From NCBI GenBank assembly GCA_001687465.1, contig LVLI01000522.1:1-64000 (forward strand): a stretch of DNA of 64,000 nt, given 5' to 3'. Shown in pieces: positions 38,138 to 50,889 of the stretch (the first letter of the stretch is position 1; each line of letters starts with the position of its first letter). Source of the DNA: Halocafeteria seosinensis. Taxonomy: Eukaryota. Below the pieces are notes generated by a model. That model did not search any database. It was not told the origin of the DNA and saw only the letters and a list, made by a program, of their open reading frames with translations. The position numbers were made by a program, and so were the translations under genes.

Positions 38138-38562
38138 TCGACGGAATTGGAATCAGCATAGAGGCAGTGGCAAAGAAAACAAACTTGTCTCGGCAAACGA
38201 CAGATGTGGTTTCTTTCCAATTTGAAGTCTGGGACCCTTTTTTCTTCCGTGCCTCTTTCTCCATAAATGGAGCGAGTACCAAAACCAGTCCAGGATGAAT
38301 GAATACAGAAAGACGAACAGTGTTGGATGGAGGTGACACAACAAATCAAACTCATTGAGTCAATGTAAATACCCTCTCGGCCGGGGTGAGTCATCTACCA
38401 GTAGGATACTTGGGCATGCATGCAGCTTTACACTTCATACTAGTCCACTTGCTTATGCAGATCAACTTTGCATGCAACGGGGCAAAGGAGAGAGAAGCAT
38501 ACGAGCGGTTGAGAACAGAGAAAGAGAGAGGGAGGGGATTCGATTCTAGCAGTTGGCAAGGC

Positions 38563-38590
38563 TTGCAAGTTGCAACTTGCAAGTTGCAAC
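38563..38590. repeat. Palindromic heptamer array (TTGCAA[G/C])x4
   Basis: ttgcaagttgcaacttgcaagttgcaac contains overlapping perfect 20-bp and 22-bp palindromes. Confidence 0.9.
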
Positions 38591-38741
38591 CAACGGCTTA
38601 ACTTCAACCACACTGTGTCCACAGTGTCCACACAGAACAGAAGCGTCTTACTATCTTTGAAAAAGTTTATTTTTCCTTATACGAGGATCCCGATATTCGT
38701 ATCTGTTCGAGACGCACAGCACCCTCAGACAGCGAAAATTT

Positions 38742-39600
38742 CTATACACTGTCCTTGCGGATGTACGGTCCGCACATCCAGACTCCAGTGACAAAAACCC
38801 GGTAGTTCACATACATATAATAGGGGTACATCGCACTATGGGAGGATGTAGTTGTGCCCGCATTGGCGTTACGCTTCTTCCAACAAAGTAAATACCACCG
38901 ATAAGTAATCCCGCAGCGACAACAGCCGCAATTGTGCTTCCAATGATGATCGCCTTCCTGTATGGAGCGTGTATGTGTACTGGTCAATACACGCTCCTAC
39001 CGGAAGACCTGTCTGCTACAGGCTCGGTTACGCCGTGTGAGGGGTGAACCCTACTCGGAACCGGTCCAAGATCTTCACGTTGTGGCGCATCAACGTGACT
39101 GACAGTTTGACCGTCATAAGCTTGCGGAAGTTCCGCATCTGCCTTGTTCCCCAGCGGGAGCCCGGTGCTTTCCTGGCAATTCTCTTGAGGAACTTGATTG
39201 CTTCTTCCCCGAAGCCGCCGTCCCCGTATGGAGACGTTAACGTCTGCTGGAATGCAGCAAACCCAGTGTGGTACAATTGTACAACAGGAGCAGTTGAACA
39301 GTGTCAGGAAAACGTACTATCCTCTGAGACCTTGACGTGCAAATGACCAGAAGAAGAAGCGGATATACAACGTATTTCTATTATGCCTGGTATATAAGAG
39401 CACAATAATGGATGCATCTTTTTGCAAAGTGTTATCGTCTTGTGCAAAGGAGATGGCTTCGTCTTGGAATTCAACAATATGACTCACCAATTCTTGATAA
39501 TTCTTCAACTCTTTGAGACTTGGATTGACATGATCTGATTTAACTCAGTGACTAATTGACCAATTCTGTTCGACCAGAATCCGTAAGATTGCCATGGCCA
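38742..39600 (-). pseudogene. Disrupted remnant of a single-pass membrane protein gene, interrupted by a retroelement; 5' extent uncertain
   Basis: Removing the insert gives ...LYHTGFAAFQQTLTSPY-RKAIIIGSTIAAVVAAGLLIGGIYF, a transmembrane helix. A WKKR stop-transfer follows in a shifted frame, and there are stops upstream. Confidence 0.5.
38968..39220 (-). mobile_element. 5'-truncated CRE-like non-LTR retrotransposon (REL C-terminus plus 3' UTR), flanked by an imperfect 13-bp target-site duplication
   Basis: GGFGEEAIKFLKRIARKA...RKLMTVKLSVTLMRHNVKIL* (stop at 39028). Flanks are ttcctgtatggag (38955-38967) and tccccgtatggag (39221-39233). Confidence 0.75.
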
Positions 39601-39771
39601 CAGCCATCGCTTAAAAACCCTTTACTAATCGACGATAGGTTCTTTTCGTCCTATGCAGTAATCGACGTGCTCGCTTAATCAACTCAGATTTTTATGTCCT
39701 TATCTCCCGCTTCTTGCTCCTGGTGATCGAATGCAGGAATTTTTACGGTATCCATCTGGATAAATCGACCT

Positions 39772-41580
39772 CTAGGACTCTAATTCATGGGTTTCGGCGG
39801 TTGTGCTTCGACTCTCTTCCCTTAGAGACTTGACTCTTGGACCAATGGGGACGTTGCCGGTACAACGTTGTACCGGCAACGTTGTCTTCCTACTCACCGG
39901 TACGGGACTTGGTAGCTGAAAGCGAAATATAGGCAGGTTATTGCTTCCATTGAGAGCCCAAATGTGTTGTTCCCACTGCTGAATGCCGTTATGACCATAT
40001 AGCTGACCACATATATCATCTAAGTTGTCTGAATTCCCAAGTTCTTGTGAAACATTTCTTTGACTTGAGTCTCCCAGGAGGGACTGGCCGTTGTATACGG
40101 AGTACCTTACTACGATAGTACCGCTTGCTGCATCAACAATATTTCCTATTATTCCTCCGGAATTTGAGCCTGTATGTTTGCCCGATGCATACGTATTTGT
40201 AATATTTACATCGCCGGTGGCTTGACCAGCTTCCCCTCCGGTGCCATATCCGGTAATGCCTCCTGCGAAGTTCCCATTGATTTTCCCTCGGCTATAACAG
40301 TTCAAGATTCGCACTTGTCCACACTTTTCTGCTGCGTGAGGTCCAACAATGCCACCACCTCCCAATGATATTTTTCCAGTACTGAAACATTCTTGAATAT
40401 CGACAAATCCGTGCTGCCCCGTGTCTGCACCAGTAATTCCACCCCCTGAAGCAATCTCTCCTGTGGAATAGGACTGCCTTATATACACTTTGGCTTTCAA
40501 ACCAGCAGCAAAGCCGCATATACCCCCCCCAAGGCCCCCTTGAATTATTCCGGTAGAGTAACATCTTTGGATAGTAACTACTCCCCCCTTTACACCTATG
40601 TAATCTCCCGTGATACCACCTGCGAGCCCACCAATTATCCTTCCTGTCGAATAGGAACTCAAAATCTTGATTTCCCCTCCATGGGAACCACACTTCCTAC
40701 CACATATTCCACCACCCCGAGAAGCAATTGCCCCTGTTGAGCTACATGAAGCGATGATAAAGTACTTCTGCACCTTTTGAACGATAAATCCACCACCATT
40801 TTCTGCAGTTTTCCCATTCTTGACATGGACACATCGAATCAATGGAGCTTCCCGGATCGATTTAATGCTACCATCGTTGACGATCTTGAATAACCCTTCG
40901 AAACGAGAAGCACCATACAGTTCAATGATATTTCCCTGCTTTTCATTATCACCATCAAACGTTTCATTCGCATGGAGAGAAATATGGGTTTCGTTCGAAT
41001 ATCCTTGGTCGCGCCAATTCAAAACACTACAGTTCATGACAAACAGGTGCGCCTGAGGAAAATAGTGAAAACAAGCCTCTCTTCCATGCAATATATTGTC
41101 TCTCAAGTCATTCGCTCCATTGGCGAACACGCCAAGAGTCAGTAACGACATTGCCAGAAGCAACAAGGCAGTCAGGAAACAGTGGACCATTGACTGCCTC
41201 CTCGCCCTGGTACATTTCCGCGACACAGCAAAGGAGGCTTCCCTTTCACAAGCTTGCGGCTGTAGACTAGTTGTACCGAGCCTGCCCTGCTCTGATGACA
41301 ATACCGAGGAGCTATGGAGAAAACTTGTAGCTGCAGCCACTTCGGAGAGTGCGGTATTCACCCTGGTGACAAGTCTGTCCCATATATCAAGCATCATTAC
41401 TACCAAGAATGTTTTCCCGATACACCACATTAACCGAAAAACTACACCATGCCTATGCATGTCCTTCACTCGACAACACATACGACCGGCATCATCGTAT
41501 GATGAACAATGATCAATGGGCATGACTCCGGGCCGAGGCACGGCCACCGGAATGGCGGGTGGCTCAAAAGGAAAATCCAA
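39772..41580 (-). CDS. Intronless Gly-rich repeat (GLUG-like beta-solenoid) membrane or secreted protein; start codon uncertain
   Basis: Seven ~29-35-aa repeats of the form I..[CS]YSTG.I...GGGI.G. Hydrophobic segments FRLMWCIGKTFLVVMML and FLTALLLLAMSLLTLGVFANG precede the repeats. Confidence 0.8.
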   Translation of the reverse strand: MDFPFEPPAIPVAVPRPGVMPIDHCSSYDDAGRMCCRVKDMHRHGVVFRLMWCIGKTFLVVMMLDIWDRLVTRVNTALSEVAAATSFLHSSSVLSSEQGRLGTTSLQPQACEREASFAVSRKCTRARRQSMVHCFLTALLLLAMSLLTLGVFANGANDLRDNILHGREACFHYFPQAHLFVMNCSVLNWRDQGYSNETHISLHANETFDGDNEKQGNIIELYGASRFEGLFKIVNDGSIKSIREAPLIRCVHVKNGKTAENGGGFIVQKVQKYFIIASCSSTGAIASRGGGICGRKCGSHGGEIKILSSYSTGRIIGGLAGGITGDYIGVKGGVVTIQRCYSTGIIQGGLGGGICGFAAGLKAKVYIRQSYSTGEIASGGGITGADTGQHGFVDIQECFSTGKISLGGGGIVGPHAAEKCGQVRILNCYSRGKINGNFAGGITGYGTGGEAGQATGDVNITNTYASGKHTGSNSGGIIGNIVDAASGTIVVRYSVYNGQSLLGDSSQRNVSQELGNSDNLDDICGQLYGHNGIQQWEQHIWALNGSNNLPIFRFQLPSPVPVSRKTTLPVQRCTGNVPIGPRVKSLREESRSTTAETHELES

Positions 41581-41983
41581 AAGGGGAAAACATTGTCACA
41601 AAATTGCAGGAGCTCTAAGAGAACAAAAACAGCGGTTAGGGTTTGGTGTGAGAGGCCCGGTGTATGGGGTAAGGAATAGGGTATGTCACAGTGGCGGGGG
41701 AAGGGGAGGGGGTTATACTGTATACATATTTACCGGGCTGAATACATATGTCCCCAAGGGATGCACTGTACGCCGTCCGTACACGATGGTATTATATCCG
41801 CAGAATATAATGCGAGGCTGGCTCTTAAGTGTATAAGGAGCGCCTCTTAAATAGTTGCTATAATAAATCCGCCTCACCATGGCAGAAAAACTCGGACGTG
41901 TCAGCGCACCAGGTACTATAACTGGGCATGCAGGCCAAGCCATCATCTATAATCATCGTTCTCCTGTATATCCGACAGAATCA

Positions 41984-44900
41984 TCAATTAACACGTGCGT
42001 TGATTTTCTTTAGAGCAGAGGAGTTTATGGCTGGATTGTCTCCGAAAGAGAACTTGGGACCCCCTTCCACTTTTTTGACTGGTGTGTGGAAGTTGGATGG
42101 ATTAATATTCTCCACATATTCGTCAGTCCCAACAGAAACCGGCGAGTCGCGAACACTTTTAGCATAAGTGGCTTCCAAATCGTTCTCTTCATCTTCCCGA
42201 GGTCTCTTCGAGCATGGTTTCATCCTCAAGGCATTCTCTGCAGCACTACTGAGAGCAAGCAACCCAGAATTTGGCCCGTACTCCGCGTTGTTGGCATTAA
42301 GGTCTAGGTGAATGTCGACATTGTTATAGTAGTGCTGATATTCGCCACCTGCCTTGTCTTCCACTCGAGAGACGAGTAAATTGACTGGTCCACATCGCAT
42401 TAGCTGTTTCTTTGTCGATTGACCGCCCAGTTCCGTTGGGATACTGTCGAGTGTCGTCCTGGGGAGACGCAATAGAAGTGCAGAAACACCTCCCCGTTCC
42501 AAAGCACCCACGATCCGCCCTTTGAAAATATGTAAGAAACCTCTAGTTAATCCCAAAAATTCTTTATTATACAAAGAAATGATATTTTCTCCATGACTCA
42601 ACGTCTCCGTCCCATCATCATTCTTGACTTTGAGTGTCAAATTGTAAATGGTTGACGATGCCTGCGGCCCCGTCCCCGCAAAACGCTCATAGCCTTTGAC
42701 TACATCGGCAAACGCAATACGGTAATTCAATAATTTGCATGTACCATACACACAACAAAGCACCAGCTGATCGATGGTTCTTGGAGCGGCAGCGAAATCA
42801 CTTCTGCTCTCAATATCCAGGAAATCGCAAAATACTTGTACGTTGCTGATGCAGTGCATGAAGACGGTCCAAACAACTGAGCCAACATCAAGCTTCCTCA
42901 GCCCGTAAACGTGAGGATGATCCTCAGGAACTCGCGAAGGGAGGTTCAAAGTGTCAACGAGGAACTCCACGCGACCTGCTCCTAACCTACTAACTTTCTT
43001 TAGCAAGAGTCCCACAGATGCAGGGACTCTACGACAAATGTCAGTAAATTGATTTAGTATAGCGCCCGCAGTTGAAATTTCCCGGCTCTCACGACCTTTC
43101 ATATACTGCTTCAACGGTGGAAATATTTTTTGCTTACTATACTGGAAGACATAGCGCTCCATCAATTGCTCCTCCACCCACGCAATATGTCGCCGTACTG
43201 TGACCGGAATGAAAAAATCTGCGCGTTGTACAGGCTCCGCAGCTTTCCAGAGCTCGAAGAATTCAACATCAAAAATCGCCCGAAGCTCCGGTAGGTCATG
43301 TAAGTGCACACAGTATGCATACGATAGCGCATCGAAGCAGAGGCAAAACAGGCTCGCCAGAAACTTTTGGTTATGGAACAAGTCTGGCATTGCGTCCCTC
43401 TCTTCCGCAACGTGGTGCGCTTCGTAAACGACGACAGGAAGAAGCAAGTAGTATAATTTTGTTGTAGTATCCAATACCATTTTTGCAGCAGATTGCTTCA
43501 CTGTTAAGTGCGTAGACGCTCGAGAAACGTTTGTCATCAATTTGTCGGACGTGCGGTTAAGGATAGATACGGTAGATGGACGGCGGAAGTCTCTTGATGC
43601 GTCCGGGCGTATCCGGTAATAGTCGCATACTCGTCTACTCAAGTTGTTTATCTCCTCGGCCACCCGGTCGCCCCAAAACCTTACTTTTGAATCCCGTTCA
43701 GCCTGCGACAATGGTTCACAAAAAGTAGAGGCCCAACTATCAACCAAGTAGCCCAGCGCCTCCGAAAACTCGTTCAAAGCTTGCGTTTGATCTGTCAATG
43801 CAACATTTGCCGCCCAGTTTAGATTTTCCATCGAGTCAGAGTTCATACGATCTTCAGAGTACTCCGGTTGACCGTCATCCACGTTATGTCGTAGAGAGGT
43901 CGTCCGACAGGAATGATAAGGAGAGGCAGTGTTAGCCCATAACCAGCCCGATGTCCCACTTCTCGAGTATGAGCCACTCCTTGCTTTCTTAGAAGCCGCT
44001 GTTAGATAGGTACGTTTCGATCTACGTTTCTTCTTACGCTTAGAAGGAGAATGACCCGCGGAAGCCTGTAACACCTGCAACTCGCCTTCACAGTTCGATA
44101 GCTGCGCCATGGTATCAACACTAGTGACGTTTAAGAGATTCTGGGGGAAGACTCCGCAGAGCCATATATCAAGCTTTTGAATGTTTGAACTACTCGTATA
44201 TACTTGCAGACGATCTGCCGTTGGAGTCTCTTCCTGTTTAGTCAGCACTAGTGCGCCCTTGTATTCTTTAATTGATCCGTCAACACAACCGTCTTTGACC
44301 AAACGACACTGCTTATCAAAAAACTGTCTTAAAATTTGATCAAGGTCACCCTGTTCAACAGAGGGGCCGCCAAGGGAAACGCCAAGGGCCTCCAGATTTC
44401 CAAATATTCCAGAATAATGAAGGCGGGGGTCCCCCATCACACCGTGTTCGGCCACCAAGAAAGCAACAGCGGCGAACAGTAGACGGGCCGAGAATATTAT
44501 ATCGTATTTGGCATTAAACAATTCTGTTGACAAAAATAATGGGTATTATGCAGGGGACAAAATTTAGTGGAATCTAGGAAACAGGAACCGTACCTTGGAT
44601 CACCAGGAAATATTTCCAACACAACGAAACGGTAAACATTTCTTTGCATTTGAGGGTATGCAATGTGGTCACTAATTTCTTGAATAGCACACTGGACACT
44701 AGCAGGCATTGCTTCCAGCCCTTGACTTCATCGTCAGAAATCTCCCGTTTGTTTTCCTTGTTGAGGAATGCGACTGACTCTTGAAATACTTGCATCAGCC
44801 AGAACAATTCATTCGCACTGCGGGGGTACAATCCAGGGAAAATCATGATAAAAGGAGGCTATTTTTACAACCTGACACTACTGGAGGTAACTCAGCGACG

Positions 44901-45344
44901 AACTAAAAGAAGAAAGTCGGACAGGAACTTACTTCGTTTTCGTTATTTTCAAAAGGGAGCTGGTGAAGTTGTCTTTTGCTTTTTCAGCAGATTTCTTCTC
45001 CGCGAAAACCGACATGATGGATATCACTTGCAAGATATTGATTTTTACCTTCCTCTGCAAAAGAAATTCGGGGAAAAGTAGTACAAGATGCTTAATAACG
45101 TGCCTCAACCCTGTGGGCGCGCGGGAAAGGTCGAGTGAAGTTGACTTCTTACCCTATGATGCTCACAAAGGACGCCATAATTCTCTTTAGCCTTTATCTT
45201 GTCGTCCTCCACTAGGTTCATTTGATTGCATATTTCGTCAAAATCCAAGGGCGCGCTGCCATACGCCTTTGTATCGCTGGTAGAGGAAGACTTCTCCCCA
45301 AACTCAGCAGGAATTCCAATGGCTGCCTGAAAATTCGTGGCCAT
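41984..45344 (-). CDS. RBR: Retinoblastoma-related pocket protein, multi-exon
   Basis: N-terminal FDEICNQMNL. Pocket A: KLYY.LL, F.NQKFLASL...C, FFELWK..E, V.RHI..VEEQL.E. Pocket B: LLKKV.RL...R, VWTVF, RTIDQLVLCCVYGTCK, NIISLYNKEF. Confidence 0.9.
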
Positions 45345-46157
45345 TTTTCCCTTTTTGCAACCTTCACTTGGACACACCAACCCTCACAGCAGGAAGTATA
45401 AACCCCTTTTCCTTTGATAGCGTGGAAATAACAGAGGCAAATGGAGCTAAACCATCCTATACCAGCAAAAAGTCGTCCTTCAATTCTCTTTGAAGTCAAT
45501 CCTTCAAGAAAAACCCAGCGCCTTTTACGTTTTATACACTGATAGAATTGTTCCAATGACCATATACAATGTTATAGCATATGTTCTTCTTCCATATGAT
45601 CCAATTTTTAGGATCTATCAATCAACCGAGACGGGTATAAAGAGGCGAAAGGAATCCCCTTGTTTCCCGCGGCTTGAAGAAACTCAAGTTGAAGCAGAGC
45701 GCGCGTGGAAGCCACCGAAGCAGGAAACCACGTAAGGTTGAAGAGAAGTGACCCTTTGCTAATTTGGGACGAACGAGGAGAGTTTGAATGCGAATGTGTA
45801 CAGGAATAGACGCGTCATATGTACGGAACTGCATGGGATGGAAATCAACAAAAATTACCCTCGATAGCTGTATGAGAACCAGGAGAAAGACAGAGTTTCT
45901 CGTGCACGCAAGCTGCAGTCTTCATGAATTATTATGAGTGATACTTCCAACAGCGGCTTGCCATCGCCCGATGCAAGAAGCGCCAAGTAGTTTGTGATGA
46001 CAACAGCGTGAAATGACTTCCACTTCAATGCAGCCACAAGGTTTAAGCTGACTCCCAGAGTTTTATGCACTATAATAAGACGGTATACATCCATCAGGAT
46101 GTGTTTGTTAGTGTAGCTGTACCTGATGTATTCTCACTATCTTGTAGTAGTATCATA

Positions 46158-47451
<1,294 letters not shown>

Positions 47452-47597
47452 TGTGTATGAGCGAGCGAGATACTTCAGATGATCCAACCCTTTGAATTGA
47501 AGTTCAGTTTAAGACTCGTTTTGTGATATCTTAGGGAAGAAACATTGGAGAATAAAGCTGGCCCACGGTGTGAGGGCGAACCTGTAATACCCCCTTC

Positions 47598-50596
47598 TTA
47601 GCTCTTCAGGAATGCCCGGAATTCTGCGTTACTCTTCGGTTTTGCAGAACCAGTTGCTTCGTTGGTACCTGAATTGCTCTCTCCACCTTCACCAGTAGTT
47701 TCGGCTGATGTTGACACTGTTGGTTTTGATTTTTTCTGATATGACAGACCTCTAGGCAGCAGGCTTGTGGTGGAGAGTCTTGATTTCGGATGTTGATGCG
47801 TGGATCTCTTTCCAGTGAGCATTTGGGACTTCTTGGAGACTACTTTAGCTCCTTTCTTGGCAGGGGTAACACTGATTGTGCTTTCATCACTAAGAACAGC
47901 ACCGGAGCGCCGTTGCGCTGCCTTAATTACCTCTGTATCATCGGAGCCAGATTGTTTGAACTCTATCAAGGCATACCCCTTTTTCTCTTCTGTCTTTTTG
48001 TCAATAGGTAGCCAAACTCGCTGCACGCCTTCTCCGAGTTCGTCAAACAATGTCTTTAATTCACCTTCAGTCGTTGATGACTTCAAGTTGCCCACGAAGA
48101 TAGTCCATGGTTCGTGTGAACCTTTACTGACATCTTCATCAACGTGCCTTTCTGAAGCATGAGCAAATCGGGAAACATGTATCTTACGCGACTTCAGACG
48201 CGTTCCATCAGCCTGTAGAGATGGCTGGACTGAGTTCTCATCCTTAAATCTAATATAAGCAAATCCTCGAGAATTACCATGAGCATCGCGAACAAGAGAT
48301 ACCTCAGCGACATCGCCGTACTGTTGAAAGAGTTCAGTCAACTGTTGTTCTCCCACGTGAAAGTCTAAGTTCTTAACAAATACGGCATTATCGTGAGTAA
48401 AGGAAGACACAGACGGTTCATTTGCCTGATGCAAGCCCGAATTCGAGGGCTTACCATCGCTGTGCTCCTTATTATCAGTTTGTTCATCTGACGGATCACC
48501 CACATTGGTTTTGTCCCGTTTGTCCTGGCTTGCTACCGGGGCTCCTCTTTCAGACGACGGCGCCTTTCCTGGATGCTTCCCTTCTTTCGCAGTTTTACGC
48601 TGCTTTTTCTGAGAGTTTTGCTGCCCATCTAAATCGTTACCCTTTCTCTTGCGTGGTTCCTTTCGTTTTGCCGTCTTTGCTTGCTTTCTTGCTGCTTCCT
48701 CTGTGGCTTTGCCCCTCCAATTTCGGCATTGCTTTTTGGCGTACCTTAGCGAAGAAATGGTGCCAATTTCGTTTTCGAGAGATTCCCAATAATAACAAAG
48801 CTGCTCGATGGAATTACCGTCGTTCGAAACGGCCTTCAAGCCTTGCTCCAGTAATTGTCGACAGCGGCTTATATCATTCCTCCACCGTGCAGANTTTACC
48901 GCCTCTACATAGCCGTCGACACGTTGCGGCTGCTCAGCCAGCAATGTGTCCCACACCCGGTCTGACTCCGTCCCTGATTGTATTAACTCGTTTTCGGTTA
49001 TCGCTATCTTCCTCATAAGGGCGTAAAAAGCGTCCGACACTGGCCCAAACTTCTGTCGGCAGTACTGTTGTAAACGACTGGCAGTCTTCCGAAAAACGGC
49101 TGGCGCTGTGTTTTGCTCCTGAGCCTGAAGCAGGTATCGGCGATAAGCGTTCAGCCACGCTTGCCATATATAAAAAAGCGCAGTCGGATCTCCATAGAGC
49201 TCCCCAAAGATGTTTTGAGCTACCTGCGCGGAGGTGTCAATGTCAACTAGTGTCTCCGACTTAGAGGTGCTATCCAACATTGCCTTCCGGGATGTCCCCG
49301 AATGATCACCGAAAAACCCGAATGCAAGTTCATCTCCGTGATTCAACTCAATGGCTTCTAAGTATCCAACCCAAAATTGTGGATCAGACAAGCAAAACCG
49401 AACTGCTCTTCGATAAAATGACACTTGGGAGGACGGATCAGTAACATTCTCATTAACCCACTCCGCGTACAATCTCCAAAGACTGTAGTCTCCATAACAC
49501 GAGGAAACAACACGGTCGAAGATATTCTGCAGCTGAAGCGGATCCGTTTCTGCTTTTATAAGGACCATATACGCCTCTTTTATCTCGCTTTTTAGTTCTT
49601 CGTGTTGGCTCGTCGACTGATCAAATCCTAATTGGCTCAGTTCCTCTTCTTTCTGCTGGATAAATTTCTCTAGGTCTTCCCTCGTCCTCCCTTGTTCGTC
49701 AAGCTTCTCTTTCCACCGTTTTCCGCTCTCCTTAGCTGATATTTGCAACTGCCTGACCTGGTCATTCCGAGATGTGCAAAAGCTCTCATTCGTCTCCGAT
49801 TCCTCTTTCCATGCTGAAAACATTTGCTGAATGGTATCTATGTCTGCAGAAGGTATTTGCAACCAGCGCTGAAACAAGCGCAGGATCTTCTCTTGAACCA
49901 GATACTCTTCGTCTTCTCCTTCTTCGTCTTCTTGTTCCTCGCGAAGAAATTGCAAATACTCCATCCAGATAGTCTTGCCATAAATTGGGTGACGTCCCAC
50001 AGCATGAATTGCTTTCTCATAAGACCTCTCTCGCTCAAAGCTGATCTTCTCGTCATCACCAACGAACACATCATCAGCCACTTCTTTGACGTATCGTACA
50101 TGGCCAGCCCACAGGGGTATTGAGTAGATATCTTCCGCAGCACGCGTTATAAGTTCCCAGGCTCTATTATATGTCACTTTGTTGTGTTGGGAGACGCTAT
50201 CCCGTTCATCTTCAAGCCATTCCAGCCATTGGTCTGCAGTGACAGAGCGATACTAGAGTGAAATACGCGCCGATCAAAAAACAACTAAGACACAGGTATC
50301 TACGGGGACATGAGGTCGTCATATATACCATACATACCTTCTGTAAGTGGTAATCGAGTTGAATATTCTTCTCTCGTACTGTCTAAACTCTTCCTCAGTT
50401 CCTCTTCGGTGATCGGGGGTAAACTCTCGGTTTCATTGATTTCTTTCGCCTGGCGGAATTTCCCCAATAGCCCCCTTAAACACGATAGACGCTTCGTATA
50501 AACGGACCCATCAAACTGATTAAGACGGTTTTGGAGCTGCAAGGCCGTCTCTTTCACACCCTCATAGAGCGATTCCATCTCATCGGTTGAGACCAT
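47598..50596 (-). CDS. SART3: SART3/Prp24-like U4/U6 snRNP recycling factor, 2 exons; one ambiguous base (N) at 48894
   Basis: HAT-repeat-like N-terminal half (PLTE..W..W, YEKAI..VG.H...G..IW..Y..F), two RRMs (VFVKNL...SRGFAYI.F and IFVGNL...KGYALIEF), and the C-terminal Lsm-binding motif KSNAEFRAFL. Confidence 0.88.
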
Positions 50597-50889
50597 TTCC
50601 AACGAATAGCACTTCTTTACTGGCGTATATTCCTGTAGGCATCGAAGAATCCACAAGGAATCAACCCCAAATATCCCTTTTAGCCTCCCATAGAGGGGCG
50701 TATCACGAGCTCGATCTGGAACCTTCACAATCGTTTCACAACACGACAAACTTTTCTGAGCTTCAACTTCAACCATAGAGCACGCGCCTGGTACACCTCT
50801 CTAAAATTAGTTTAGGCGAAGAAGGTGTCCATTGAAAGGTATAGAGAGTTCGAAAATTCTGAACTTTAGTCACATTAGAAAGCGTTATC

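Noticed and set aside
41634..41645. Telomeric repeat TTAGGG
   Set aside because: A single unit, not an array.
48894..48894. X residue in the SART3 ORF as possible recoding
   Set aside because: It is an ambiguous base (N) in the assembly, and the frame is maintained.
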